Sequence record: PP942979.1
Strand: one strand, 5' to 3'
DNA: 64,000 bases
Of this stretch, positions 9,621 to 20,134 are shown in pieces (the first letter of the stretch is position 1; each line of letters opens with the position of its first letter). Under the pieces are notes generated by a model, which saw only the letters and a list, made by a program, of their open reading frames with translations, had not been told where the DNA came from and did no database searches. A program made the translations under genes and the position numbers.

Positions 9621-9962
9621 ATTTGGGCTGCGCTGCCAAACAACGAATCTGATATTCAGAGCACGATCATCACGCAAGGCTGTTTCGCGTGGGTCGTGGC
9701 GATAGGCGTATTTCTGCAAATGCTCAGGTCTTTCGTGGGGTAAGACTGCATGAGCAGGATTGGGCACAGATTCATAGGTGTGACTCTCAATCACCACCAG
9801 ATTGTCAATACGAAGAACACCAGGAACCTCGAACACAGTCGGCAGATTGCCGGGCGTAGTTGCAGTACCAAGAACTGTCTCATGATACTCCACTAATGCT
9901 TTCACTAACGCCCGCCCAACAGCAGTAGTGAGCGTCAGATTATACTCGGTTCTAAATTCCAT
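9615..9962 (-). CDS. Hypothetical protein
   Basis: 115 aa, AGGAG SD, tightly packed. Confidence 0.7.
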   Translation of the reverse strand: MEFRTEYNLTLTTAVGRALVKALVEYHETVLGTATTPGNLPTVFEVPGVLRIDNLVVIESHTYESVPNPAHAVLPHERPEHLQKYAYRHDPRETALRDDRALNIRFVVWQRSPNL

Positions 9963-9977
9963 GGTGTTCTCCTATTA

Positions 9978-10349
9978 TTACATCAGTGGCATTTCTGGAT
10001 CGACGTAGGTGTACAAGAACACCACGTTCCAACCAGAGGCAGCTTCAGGGTTGTTGTGGAAGCGATATCCATAGAACATCAGGATGCCCGTACTACCTTC
10101 ACCCAGTGTTGGGTCATAGATAGTGAACGCTTCTTCCAACTTGAGCGCGTCAGCAATGCTGATAGCCCAGTTATCCAAATCAAACGGACCTTCTGGAACT
10201 TCCCACGAATACGAATGCTTCTGCCAGTGTTCGGCCTGCATGTCAGTATCTTTGGAAATCCAGTCGAGATGTTTAAGTCCCATGTGCAGAGCGACAGCGC
10301 GTGGAATGCCGTGCTCGTTCATGTAACGCTGCAATTGATCAAGACGCAT
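9978..10349 (-). CDS. Hypothetical protein
   Basis: 123 aa, overlaps upstream stop. Confidence 0.7.
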   Translation of the reverse strand: MRLDQLQRYMNEHGIPRAVALHMGLKHLDWISKDTDMQAEHWQKHSYSWEVPEGPFDLDNWAISIADALKLEEAFTIYDPTLGEGSTGILMFYGYRFHNNPEAASGWNVVFLYTYVDPEMPLM

Positions 10350-10662
10350 TGCATAGTTCCTTAATGGTGCGTGGGAAGACTGTCACATTAATGCGCGTGT
10401 GATCTTTGTGTTCAGGATGCGGTAGGCATTCATGAGACACAAGCCAGACGTTCGTGCATTCGAGTTTATCACGCATCACCATTAACAGGTTGGACATGAC
10501 AGACACGCTATGCACAAAGTTAGAATAATCGAGAGTGAGGACCATTACTTCACTCGTCGGTTCTTCATCGCCTTGGTTCCACAGGCTAACGTTCATCGAC
10601 AGGCGGGCTGCTTCACTTCTCAACATATCCATATCGAGAGTGTGCGGTAAACGCTCTTTCAT
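10339..10662 (-). CDS. Hypothetical protein
   Basis: 107 aa, AAGGAG SD. Confidence 0.7.
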   Translation of the reverse strand: MKERLPHTLDMDMLRSEAARLSMNVSLWNQGDEEPTSEVMVLTLDYSNFVHSVSVMSNLLMVMRDKLECTNVWLVSHECLPHPEHKDHTRINVTVFPRTIKELCNAS

Positions 10663-10700
10663 TTAAACTCCTTATAGCTTCAAAAGAGACAGTCTATAAA

Positions 10701-11186
10701 TTAGAGAGCGAGACCCTTAAGCAGTAAACGCGCACTGGTCAGGAATTGACGTTGTTTGTTTTGAGGCAGCTTGCGATAGCGCTGGAGGATATCCTCTAAC
10801 GAGGCGTCTTCGCCTGTACTCAGATGGACGCTTTCAATCGTGCCGAGTTCTCCTTTCATCCAGTTGGCTTTGGTGACAGTTAACAGGAAGGTGCCGCGAT
10901 ACTCCTCCACGATACGACCGCCAGGCCCGCCAACAGGGTTACGAACTTTGGTGTGCTCGATGTTTGCGATACGCTGAATCGCTATGCCGTCAGGGAATTG
11001 CGCAAACACCTCAGACAGATCAATATCTGCCTTGTTGTTCGGTGCAGGAGATTTAGCAACGAATGTTACACGGAACGTTTCGCCGCCTTCAACGTCGTAC
11101 TGACCATCATAGATGATCTTGTCGTTGGCGCGCAGCGTGTCAGTAATCAGTTTGAAAATCGGATCTGAGAACATGCTATTCCTCAA
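10701..11186 (-). CDS. Hypothetical protein
   Basis: 161 aa; true start may be the nearby MFSDP Met. Confidence 0.7.
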   Translation of the reverse strand: MRNSMFSDPIFKLITDTLRANDKIIYDGQYDVEGGETFRVTFVAKSPAPNNKADIDLSEVFAQFPDGIAIQRIANIEHTKVRNPVGGPGGRIVEEYRGTFLLTVTKANWMKGELGTIESVHLSTGEDASLEDILQRYRKLPQNKQRQFLTSARLLLKGLAL

Positions 11187-11691
11187 TGTAGTTGACGAGC
11201 ATACCGATATGATTTGTAATCATTGTCTTCTGCTCTGAGGTTAGCTCGCTATATGCAGGGATGTTTGGGAACTGGCCCTTCATTGCGAGATAGATTGTTT
11301 GAATATTTGGCGCTTCCTGCTCGACGCGACCGCGATGAATAATACAACCGCGATAGATGAATGCAGACGCAGGGCTGGTTGGTGTGAGATGTACAGGCTC
11401 AACATAGTCATATGCAACCAACACAATCGTATTGCCGAATACCTCTTTCAGCATGGACAGAGGCTCGTCTGGGTTATCACTTTCCAGATCATATGTCTCA
11501 TATGTCGCGTCAACGATACTTGTCGCAGCACCACAAAGGTTGATGTTCAGTCTGAGATCCATCTTCGTGTGAACATCACGCATATCAGGATGCGGTGTGA
11601 GAATAAAGCCCTTCTCCTTAAGGGCTTGACGCAGCATTTGGGACACTTCGATACTGCCCGGTTTATGCTGCGGTGTGTTTTGCAACTGCAT
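11176..11691 (-). CDS. Hypothetical protein
   Basis: 171 aa, TAATG overlap with helicase stop. Confidence 0.7.
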   Translation of the reverse strand: MQLQNTPQHKPGSIEVSQMLRQALKEKGFILTPHPDMRDVHTKMDLRLNINLCGAATSIVDATYETYDLESDNPDEPLSMLKEVFGNTIVLVAYDYVEPVHLTPTSPASAFIYRGCIIHRGRVEQEAPNIQTIYLAMKGQFPNIPAYSELTSEQKTMITNHIGMLVNYIEE

Positions 11692-13292
11692 TAGAATCGC
11701 CTCATGCCTAAGTTAGAGGGCTGGCCCTTCACTTTCGCTTCCGGTTCGAAGTAGTCAGGCAACTCGCTATCAAGCGCTTCACCTCTCGACACAACTCCCA
11801 TCCAATCACGCAGCTTCTTCGGTGTACGCTTCGCTTTCGCGTAACCAAACTTCCAGCACATCTTGAGAACGGAACGAGCACACTGCATAGAGCGGTCCAT
11901 CTTTGGATCAATGAACATACGAATCACAGGTGTGCGCTTGTTTTCCATCGGCGTCAGAATACGACACGATTCCTGTTTCCAGTTCGGCTCGTTGTTCATC
12001 GGCATGATGTAATACAGCGTGTCCCACTTAGGAACGTTCAGGCCGCGCTGCATCAGCTTACGCATACCGACAACGCAGCGTATCTTACCTTCACGCGCTG
12101 CATCAATAATCGGCTTACGCTTCTTCGCTTCTTTCGCGCCACCAAGGAACACAGCAGCAACTTCGTCCATGTAATGCTCATTGATACGCTGCACCAAACG
12201 ACGCGCCTGATCAGTGAACATGATTGGGATTGCGATACTTCGACCGGCATCGAGGTCTTTGATAATCCATTCAAAGATCTTATCGTTGCGGTCTGGATGA
12301 TTCGCAAGGAACTTACAGAATCGAACCCAACCACTTTTGTTGTTGTAGTTCGCTTTCGACTGCACTCTGTTTGAGGTCTTATGCAGCGTTACTTTCGGCA
12401 CAAGCTCCTCAACAAACGCCTCGGCAATCACAGGCCCGAAAATAGATTCAATCAGGTAGTGACGTCCGTCTTTACGTTTAGGCGTTGCAGTCAGACCGAA
12501 GCGATACTTCATTTTCAGAGAGGCCAGTACGCGGCTATAACAGCTTGCGTTACCAGCGTGACATTCATCGACGAACAGCGTACCGTAGTTCTCGTTCAGC
12601 AACTTGAGTCGCTTCTTCGAGTTCTTACTGTCAGAGATCAGAGACTGATAGGTCACGAGGATGATCTGGAAGTTCTTATAGTCGTCCAGAGTCTTCGGGA
12701 ATCCATACAGCTTCTTACCGTGCTTCTCTTCCAGCTCAGGCAAGTTCGTCATCGCTTCGATAGTTTCCAAGAAACCATCAAGGAAGTCCTTCTGGTCAGC
12801 CATAATGACTGTACGGAATCCAGAGTGACATGCACCAGCAGTACCGATAACTGTCTTACCAGAACGAGGCGGTGCTTTGAATACACCACACAGTTCGCCG
12901 AACATCTTCTCGAACGGCTCTTCCTGATATTCACGCAGCTTGCCTGTGAACTTCACTTTGTAGTCGTAAGGCACACGCGACGTACCGTTAACGAACTTCA
13001 CTTCTTTCAGGCTTAACCCTGCTGTCTTTTCGAAACGGTGCATCTCACCATAAGGAATCGACACATAACGCTTACCCTTAATGTCAGAGTATTTCGCCAG
13101 CACGGTTATATCAAGCAGACCGCCCTTTGAACACTGGCGGCATTCATCGGACGGTCGTATAGAACGAAACTCACAGTTCTTGCACACGGCATTTTCGAAC
13201 TCATAGTGAGTCATCTTCTTGATGATGTTGTCTGCGTCCACAACCTTAACTGGAATGTGCAGACGGCTATCGACCAATACTTTGGCAGTCAC
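11691..13292 (-). CDS. SF2 DExH helicase (UvsW-like) with N-terminal Cys cluster
   Basis: APPRSGKT, FVDECH, LTATP, GLNVP, QESCRIL; CKNC-x8-CRQC. Confidence 0.85.
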   Translation of the reverse strand: MTAKVLVDSRLHIPVKVVDADNIIKKMTHYEFENAVCKNCEFRSIRPSDECRQCSKGGLLDITVLAKYSDIKGKRYVSIPYGEMHRFEKTAGLSLKEVKFVNGTSRVPYDYKVKFTGKLREYQEEPFEKMFGELCGVFKAPPRSGKTVIGTAGACHSGFRTVIMADQKDFLDGFLETIEAMTNLPELEEKHGKKLYGFPKTLDDYKNFQIILVTYQSLISDSKNSKKRLKLLNENYGTLFVDECHAGNASCYSRVLASLKMKYRFGLTATPKRKDGRHYLIESIFGPVIAEAFVEELVPKVTLHKTSNRVQSKANYNNKSGWVRFCKFLANHPDRNDKIFEWIIKDLDAGRSIAIPIMFTDQARRLVQRINEHYMDEVAAVFLGGAKEAKKRKPIIDAAREGKIRCVVGMRKLMQRGLNVPKWDTLYYIMPMNNEPNWKQESCRILTPMENKRTPVIRMFIDPKMDRSMQCARSVLKMCWKFGYAKAKRTPKKLRDWMGVVSRGEALDSELPDYFEPEAKVKGQPSNLGMRRF

Positions 13293-13294
13293 AT

Positions 13295-13840
13295 CTATTT
13301 CCTTGAGTTCGGCAGACCGTACTCACGCTGATTGATGATGTTCATCGTATCGACAAGTGCTCTGTATGCGAAGCCGCACTTATCAATGTCCTTGATATAC
13401 AGGTCAAGCTCTTCCTTGAGCAACTCAAGCTGATCAGCGTAGCGGTAGTATTCGGCCATAATGTTTCTGACACAACGCTCGCGTTCTTTCGCAGCGCCGA
13501 CGGCTTTCAGATCTTTTGCATACGTGACCGAGGCGTAATCCTGAAACCGTTCCAACATATCATTTAACAGTTTCGAGGCTGTATGGATATGCGTCATAAT
13601 CTCAGTCATACGGCTTCGGTACGATTGATCTTGAATTATCGACTCGGCTACTTTGTTCAGTGCCTGCGGGTCAGAGATGTTTAACGTTCTGACCTTACGC
13701 ATCTTAAACAGTTTACGCGCTTCGTCTTGCAGCTCGGCCAAAGGTTGCTGAAAAATATCGTTGGTCTTATAAATATCTCTCAGCTTCTTATAGCGCTTGT
13801 CGTTCTTGACCTTTATTCGAATGCGCTTTAGGTCGTCCAT
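13295..13840 (-). CDS. UvsY-like recombination mediator (tentative)
   Basis: Helical protein next to UvsW-like gene; IKDIDKCGFAYRALVD resembles the T4 UvsY C-terminal pattern as recalled. Confidence 0.45.
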   Translation of the reverse strand: MDDLKRIRIKVKNDKRYKKLRDIYKTNDIFQQPLAELQDEARKLFKMRKVRTLNISDPQALNKVAESIIQDQSYRSRMTEIMTHIHTASKLLNDMLERFQDYASVTYAKDLKAVGAAKERERCVRNIMAEYYRYADQLELLKEELDLYIKDIDKCGFAYRALVDTMNIINQREYGLPNSRK

Positions 13841-14286
13841 TAATCACCTTTGTCAGTTACGAGAATAGGACTCTCAGGAGTCTTGTGTGGCATAGCAAAG
13901 AAACTACCATGCTCGTCTCGATAAATTAGCAGACCCCCAGAAGGACCTTCGATAGGACAGGTGAAGTTGTATAGTTTTTCGAGCGGAGGCATGTAGCCTA
14001 CAGTCACTGCGTTAAACGTACACCACTTCGCGGAGACTTCAAGCAGTGAGCCAACAACAGTGTCGGCTAGGCGCAGATACGATTGCTTGAAGTGGTAGCT
14101 ATGTTCTATAGGCGCAACGCTATCAATATCCAGCGAGTCACCATACACAGCTTTATAAATCAGACAGAAACGACGACGCCCGCGCGGGGCATTAGGTATT
14201 TCATACAGAACATCATGTATGAGCGAACAAACGTCCCCAATGAGGACGTTTTTCTTAATAGCCAGTTTGGCCAGACGTGCCGTCAT
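13840..14286 (-). CDS. Hypothetical protein
   Basis: 148 aa, coupled to both neighbours. Confidence 0.65.
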   Translation of the reverse strand: MTARLAKLAIKKNVLIGDVCSLIHDVLYEIPNAPRGRRRFCLIYKAVYGDSLDIDSVAPIEHSYHFKQSYLRLADTVVGSLLEVSAKWCTFNAVTVGYMPPLEKLYNFTCPIEGPSGGLLIYRDEHGSFFAMPHKTPESPILVTDKGD

Positions 14287-15461
14287 GCTGGCAGATACCC
14301 AAAGTACAACAGCGTGTGCGTGTCGAACTTATAGTTCAGGCTGAATGCGTTCAGGCTATTGATGTTCGCACCATGGAAGCCCATGTTGTGTCGTTCTTCA
14401 CGCCCGATGTTACGCAGCAACTCACGGATGATACGCATGTCAAGCGAGGTACTAAACTCTTTCTCAACAGGCTTCGCCAGCTTCAAGCTGTCCTGCACAC
14501 TACCGCTATCGTTACCAAACTTGAGTTTGAACTCTTGCTTCTTAACTAGGAGCTTCGCGTTCGTGTTACCTTTCTTCTCAATCAACGTCGAGATGTTGGC
14601 GAACGGTGCAGACAGGTCACCCTTAATCACACAACCAATCAGCGGCTTGCCGAGCTGTGCAATCATGTTGTCCATGTAACGATAGTCTTCATCGCTTGCC
14701 TGAATCGGAGGCAGTGTCAGAACAAACGACTCCGCTTCGGCTGCGAATGAACTGCTGTCTACGTGGAACGTTACCTTCTCTTCTCCGCAGAAGCGATAAA
14801 TCAAATCGAACATTTCGCCAGTCAGACTGAAACGGAACGGCTTCACTTTCTTTTTCAGTGCAGCGCGATAGCGAGATGAAGTCCAGTGACCAGGACTGAC
14901 GAGGCTCAGGCTCTCACCGTCACAGATAACACGACACATCACGGTCTGGCCTGTGATTGTATCTTTCAACCGAGTCAGCTTAACGCCCTGAGTCATCGCG
15001 TCGATAACTTCACGCGTCATCTCATGGCCACCTTCGATATGGTGATGCAGACCCTGTTCGACCATTGGAATCTGCTCGGCCGATACCGGACGCAGTTTCA
15101 CTTCTGCTTTGTACTTGCCTTTCTGTTCGCTGATGTTCAACGTCTTACCGTCGAACTCAACGTTCAGCTCTTTACGCTTGCTGATCAGACCGGTCAACTG
15201 AATCGGGTCGATGTTCATTACCGTGTCAGCGTCGGCGGTCGCGCCGGGAACGAGATAAGCGACGAAGGTATCGGGAGTACGACCCAGAACGAACACGTCG
15301 GACTTATACGTCACCAGCAGGTGGACGTGAGTCAGCTTGTCGTCCGACTCAGAGAAACGCGTTACGCTATCAACACGTTTAAGAATATCTGACAGGAACG
15401 TACCGTTCAGCGTTAGGCTGCATTTCTTAGCGGGGTTCTTCGGCAATCGACAAGTCTTCAT
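14283..15461 (-). CDS. Sliding clamp, DnaN/beta-like
   Basis: 392 aa with three-fold alpha/beta pattern (FLSDILKRVDSV; VIDAMTQGVKL; FSTSLDMRIIRELL); next to the polymerase; DnaX in window. Confidence 0.6.
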   Translation of the reverse strand: MKTCRLPKNPAKKCSLTLNGTFLSDILKRVDSVTRFSESDDKLTHVHLLVTYKSDVFVLGRTPDTFVAYLVPGATADADTVMNIDPIQLTGLISKRKELNVEFDGKTLNISEQKGKYKAEVKLRPVSAEQIPMVEQGLHHHIEGGHEMTREVIDAMTQGVKLTRLKDTITGQTVMCRVICDGESLSLVSPGHWTSSRYRAALKKKVKPFRFSLTGEMFDLIYRFCGEEKVTFHVDSSSFAAEAESFVLTLPPIQASDEDYRYMDNMIAQLGKPLIGCVIKGDLSAPFANISTLIEKKGNTNAKLLVKKQEFKLKFGNDSGSVQDSLKLAKPVEKEFSTSLDMRIIRELLRNIGREERHNMGFHGANINSLNAFSLNYKFDTHTLLYFGYLPA

Positions 15462-15720
15462 CTCTATCCTCTAAAACAAATTGTAGTGTGCCCTGTATAT
15501 TTACAGCATTGAGGCGTTTGCCGGATGCTGCAATCAGGCCATTCAGAACGCCAACGAAGTCAGCGCTGTAACAGTCAGGTGCTATCTGGTGAACATAAAT
15601 ATCATCAGGCACGTCACCCGGGTTAAGCTGCCAAGCAGTACGCAAGGCAGCACCCATGAATGCCGGACGTTCTACCAGATGCTTGTTCAGGAATGAACAT
15701 ACATCTTCGGCCGTCATCAT
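15427..15720 (-). CDS. Hypothetical protein
   Basis: 97 aa between polymerase and clamp, overlapping both. Confidence 0.6.
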   Translation of the reverse strand: MMTAEDVCSFLNKHLVERPAFMGAALRTAWQLNPGDVPDDIYVHQIAPDCYSADFVGVLNGLIAASGKRLNAVNIQGTLQFVLEDRDEDLSIAEEPR

Positions 15721-18700
15721 TTTTTCGCAATCCCCTTAAGAGCAGATTTGAGCATAGACTTACTGAGTTTGATTTTCTTCTTAGGCGCGGCTCCCTCTGT
15801 AGATGCAGCGGCTTTCTTCGCAGCTTCTTCCGCTTTGTACTTCTCGAACGTTTTAATGTTCTTCGGAAGTTCTGCCAGCCACTCCTTGATGTTCTTCTTG
15901 TCCTTGTTGGTGAGAGGATTAACTTTGTCCATGCTACGAATTTTAATATCGTTAGCCCAAAGCTGTTTCTTCATCCAATCGGACATGAGATGATACTGGT
16001 CTTCCATAATGCTGTCCAGTGTCTTCTCAACATCGAGGTCTTTCTCACCCAGCTCGTCACGCTTAATCTCAAGGCCGTCTTTAATGAGCTTCCTGAGTTG
16101 AACGTAAGAGAAGTTCCAACCCTGCACGTCTTTCTCGGACGCACCGATTTCAAAGTCAATCTCAGGCACGGACGTGAACGCAAACCCTTCGTGACGCTTC
16201 TGCACAACTTCGACCACTGCGCTGGTCATCGCACGTTCGATCATATCGAGCGCAAGGAAGATCCATTTGTAATCGCAGTCAACGGTCAAGGAGTCGTGTA
16301 CAGATACGTTCATGTCAAAGTCAGGGTACTCGCCGTTCGCTTTCCAATACTCATACTTCATACGGTCCAGAATACGAATCGCGGACATCATCAGGTCAGA
16401 ACCGAAGCCCTGCACTGGACTGTTTACCGCACGACGGTCACACGCTGCATGAACCATGTTAGCTTCACGATGCGACTCGGGCAACATCAGGCCCCAGAGA
16501 TGACGACGACGACCAACCGGCGACTCAACAAAGAAGTTCTCATGAGCAAACTTCTGAATCTTATCGAACCACTTCAAGCCCACAGGGAATCGTTTAAGGA
16601 ACTTGCTTTTGATCTCTTCAATCTCACCGACTTCACGTCCTGTGGACTTCGCAAGCCCTTTATTGCCCTGCTGATAGATCAGGCCGAAGATTACGGTCTT
16701 AACCGCGTTACGTACGGACTTGGTTACGTCCATTACGTTTGGAATGCCGAAGAAGTAAGCGGCGTTGATTTTGTGAACGTCACCCTCTGCTTCGACGCGG
16801 TGCTCAATCCATGGATCAGGTACTGTACGGAAACGATGACGCAGCTTACGGCCTTGCTCAAATACGTCTGCAACGCCCTGGTCACCTGAGATGATTGACC
16901 AACCACGAACTTCGTGCGCTGAGTAGTCGACCTTGATAAGCAGGCGATTCTTACGCGCAATCAGAATACGTTTGATCAACTTACCCATCTCACTACGAGA
17001 CGGTACCTGCTGCAAGTTCGGGTCAGACGCTGAGGTACGACCCGTTACAACTCCAAGATAACCATAAGTCGGTCTGATTGAACGGTCATGTTTGAAGTCT
17101 TCTGATTCACCCCAGAGCTTGAGCAGGCTGTTAACGTAGGCGTTCTTGAGCTTGTACGCTTTACCAAGTTTGGTGTAGAGAGACACAAGCGGTATATCAG
17201 CATACGCTGCCTGGAAGTCCTTGTCGAGCTTGCCCGCCTTCTTGCCGTTCTCACGTAACTGTTCCCCTTCTTTCAGAGGCTTGAGCTTCATCACATCGAA
17301 GAACAGAATCTGTTTGTGTTCCGACTTCGACATATCGAACTTGGTCACTTCGACTTTGCCCATAAGACCCATCTTAGGAACATTGTCGTCTTTGCAAATA
17401 ACCTTGTTCGCAGCCTTAACCTCAGGGCTGTTCATGAACTCACGCTCTACGTTTCGAATTTCTTCGTTGATAGGGCTGTTCGGTAGGTTGAGCTTAAACA
17501 GGTAATCAATGTCTGCGCCTGCACCTGTCGTTTCAAGAATCGAGAACGCATGAATCTGGTCGGAGATTTGCTCACTGACCATCGACTCATACTTCTTGTA
17601 TTTAATATCGTTGGCTCGCTTTTGCTGTTGCTCTGCAATACGGAACGGAACGATAACGTCGAGACCCGCATACTCCTGCACCGATTCGTCGAGGTCAACG
17701 TCTGCGATTGTCGCTCGCATCTCTTTACCGAACGACACTTCGTGGTACACCTGACAACCAAACTGCATCGTCAGGTTAGCCAAGTTATAATAACCGCTAC
17801 CGGTAACGTTCAACAACGACTTGGCGTTTTCATCGAACGCAAACTCACCCGCCTGAATATCCCAAACGTTTGCTGCATAACTACGAATGCCGAAGTTAGA
17901 GCGCATTACGTTCAGATCGAACTTCGCGTTGGTGTAGATTTGATACTTGTTATCGTTGTCCTCGAAATAATCTTTGAACAACTCACTTACCCTACGCAGT
18001 TCTTTCGGACTGAATGGACTGTCACGGTGATAGATAGGAACAACATACGCCTTCTGACCGTCAGATGATAACTGCACCGTCAAGATTTTATTCTTAATAC
18101 GATTCAGGTTCTCTGTTTCGGTATCGACTGCAACCTTCTTGGCGCGCTTCATACGCTTCAAGATTTTCTCAAGTTGCTTGACCTTCGTTACATACACGAG
18201 GTCCCAGTTACGCTTCTTACCACACGTAACTTCATCGATCTTATAGCGCATCCCCTTGTTAAGCCACGGCAACATCCAGCGAGCCATGTAGCCTAACGTA
18301 TACGATGAACCTTTGATGTGCATCGGGTTCAACACGGTGTGATAGCTGACGTTCGGCACATGGATAAAGCTGTGCTTCTTACCGTCGTACTTCACCTTCG
18401 TTGGAATCTCAACACCGTACCAGTGCTCGTAGTGATCTTTCGAGAACTGTATTTTCTCGCTGTTCAGTGCTTTGAACGGCGCTTTGCCGAAAGTCAGAAC
18501 ATAGTCTGGCTTGTACTCAACAATCAAATCACGAATACGATCCGCAAACGCTTGGTCTGCGTCTTCTTTGAACTGCTCGCCCTTGTCATACGTCTTGAAC
18601 ATGTTGTACGAGACAACAAGGAAGTTCCAGTCGTCAAGAGTTGTCTTGGTCGGAAACGTATCTTCAAGATACTGCATCTGATTCAGGAACAACTCACCTT

Positions 18701-18887
18701 CCGTACTACTGAATATTTTGCCGCTACGCAAATCTTCGGTAGGCATATGGTCTAGGACGAGAAGTGCTTTACCACCTTTGGCACTTTTACTTATGTGTTT
18801 TAGTATTCGAACACCGTCATACGTCTGCTGGTCAGCAAACTGTTCAGGTGGATCGAAGTCAAGAGCTACGTGCTTGATTTTCACCAT
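15717..18887 (-). CDS. polA: Family-A DNA polymerase: UDG-like domain, 3'-5' exonuclease, polymerase
   Basis: VAVDTET, NAKFD, YAGLD; TGRTSASDPNLQQVP; motif A DYSAHEVR, motif B RNAVKTVIFGLIY, motif C VHDS. Confidence 0.93.
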   Translation of the reverse strand: MVKIKHVALDFDPPEQFADQQTYDGVRILKHISKSAKGGKALLVLDHMPTEDLRSGKIFSSTEGELFLNQMQYLEDTFPTKTTLDDWNFLVVSYNMFKTYDKGEQFKEDADQAFADRIRDLIVEYKPDYVLTFGKAPFKALNSEKIQFSKDHYEHWYGVEIPTKVKYDGKKHSFIHVPNVSYHTVLNPMHIKGSSYTLGYMARWMLPWLNKGMRYKIDEVTCGKKRNWDLVYVTKVKQLEKILKRMKRAKKVAVDTETENLNRIKNKILTVQLSSDGQKAYVVPIYHRDSPFSPKELRRVSELFKDYFEDNDNKYQIYTNAKFDLNVMRSNFGIRSYAANVWDIQAGEFAFDENAKSLLNVTGSGYYNLANLTMQFGCQVYHEVSFGKEMRATIADVDLDESVQEYAGLDVIVPFRIAEQQQKRANDIKYKKYESMVSEQISDQIHAFSILETTGAGADIDYLFKLNLPNSPINEEIRNVEREFMNSPEVKAANKVICKDDNVPKMGLMGKVEVTKFDMSKSEHKQILFFDVMKLKPLKEGEQLRENGKKAGKLDKDFQAAYADIPLVSLYTKLGKAYKLKNAYVNSLLKLWGESEDFKHDRSIRPTYGYLGVVTGRTSASDPNLQQVPSRSEMGKLIKRILIARKNRLLIKVDYSAHEVRGWSIISGDQGVADVFEQGRKLRHRFRTVPDPWIEHRVEAEGDVHKINAAYFFGIPNVMDVTKSVRNAVKTVIFGLIYQQGNKGLAKSTGREVGEIEEIKSKFLKRFPVGLKWFDKIQKFAHENFFVESPVGRRRHLWGLMLPESHREANMVHAACDRRAVNSPVQGFGSDLMMSAIRILDRMKYEYWKANGEYPDFDMNVSVHDSLTVDCDYKWIFLALDMIERAMTSAVVEVVQKRHEGFAFTSVPEIDFEIGASEKDVQGWNFSYVQLRKLIKDGLEIKRDELGEKDLDVEKTLDSIMEDQYHLMSDWMKKQLWANDIKIRSMDKVNPLTNKDKKNIKEWLAELPKNIKTFEKYKAEEAAKKAAASTEGAAPKKKIKLSKSMLKSALKGIAKK

Positions 18888-18945
18888 CTAGTCCTATCAG
18901 AGTGTGTAACGCAAATCGATGGCTGTTATTTACAGATTTAGAAAT

Positions 18946-18973
18946 GAAAAAGGGCACCCGAAGGCACCCTTTT
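18946..18973 (-). terminator. Intrinsic terminator, tandem-wobble family
   Basis: AGGGTGCC-TTCG-GGTGCCCT then TTTTCATTTC. Confidence 0.85.
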
Positions 18974-18982
18974 GGTTAAATA

Positions 18983-20125
18983 TTACAGCGTAGATACGGT
19001 CGCACGAAACACCTGATACGCGCTCTGATAATCAGAGAATGTACCCAGCTGCTCAAATGCAGACTTAGGCAGATCGCTCGGTGCGCCCGCGGACGAATCA
19101 TACTTGGCAACAGTGAACGTACCACGACCACGAGCCTGTTTGATAGAGCCAGTCATTGTCGCAGTCGGTCCGAACACAACACCCGTCTTGCTACCGGCAC
19201 CCATCACAAGGATGCAATCTTCATCACCACCCATGTTAGCAACGGTAGCAGTCACGCTACGTTTCGGCGCAGGCAGTTGCATGGCTTTGAACATAGCTCT
19301 TACGTTCTCACCATCACCACCCTTCATCAGCGCAGCATACAGGAAGTCATAGCCGTTAGCGCTCGATGCGTTGCTGGTGCTAGGCATTCGAAGTTCAGCG
19401 GCAGTGCGCTCGCCTTTCTTAGCGGCCGCAGCAATCTCAGCGTCAGTTGCATCTTTGGTGGCCAGCAGTTTGATGACGTTTTTGATTGAACGCAGTTCGC
19501 CCAGATGAATCTGAACCTTCTTGACCTTTTTAAGATGGTCACCGACGAAGGTCATCAACCAGCCTTTCTGCTGCATGACAACAGCCACTTCCAGTTTCTT
19601 ATACTGGAAAGAGAACTGCTTGCCGGAAGCATATAAGAACTTACCAGCACCCGCAACAGGCTCAACAGCGCGGATGAAGTCAGGCGCATAGTCACGCGCA
19701 TCGCTTCTGATCAGACTGGAGTACGCAGGAGAGAACGTGCCTACGGTAGTTACCGGAGCCTGCGGCTTCCCAGCACGAGGCTTAGCGACGACTTTGTTCG
19801 GGTCAGTTGCTTTGATCTTGATTGCACGAAGACCGTTAATGGTAGCCACCAGCGTCTTGGCTTTATACAGGTTCTTCATCGCAGTGACAAGATTCTTGCC
19901 AGCAGCTTTCTTCGCAAGAGCGGTAGTTGCTTCTGCGTCGTTCAGCAGGTCAAGGACAGCGGACAGCTTCGCAGTGTCCAGCTCTTTGATTTTAACCAGC
20001 TCGTCAATCTTCTTAACGATAAGTTTTGCGTTCTTACCGAAAAGGATTTCAGCGTTGGCGATCTGCGTTTTGTTCGCAGCAGAGACCGACACAACAGTGC
20101 CGGACGGGAGAGTGATTTCGTGCAT
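18983..20125 (-). CDS. Basic hypothetical protein, putative internal head protein
   Basis: 380 aa Lys/Ala-rich; N-terminal VVSVSA. Confidence 0.6.
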   Translation of the reverse strand: MHEITLPSGTVVSVSAANKTQIANAEILFGKNAKLIVKKIDELVKIKELDTAKLSAVLDLLNDAEATTALAKKAAGKNLVTAMKNLYKAKTLVATINGLRAIKIKATDPNKVVAKPRAGKPQAPVTTVGTFSPAYSSLIRSDARDYAPDFIRAVEPVAGAGKFLYASGKQFSFQYKKLEVAVVMQQKGWLMTFVGDHLKKVKKVQIHLGELRSIKNVIKLLATKDATDAEIAAAAKKGERTAAELRMPSTSNASSANGYDFLYAALMKGGDGENVRAMFKAMQLPAPKRSVTATVANMGGDEDCILVMGAGSKTGVVFGPTATMTGSIKQARGRGTFTVAKYDSSAGAPSDLPKSAFEQLGTFSDYQSAYQVFRATVSTL

Positions 20126-20134
20126 TGCTGTTCC

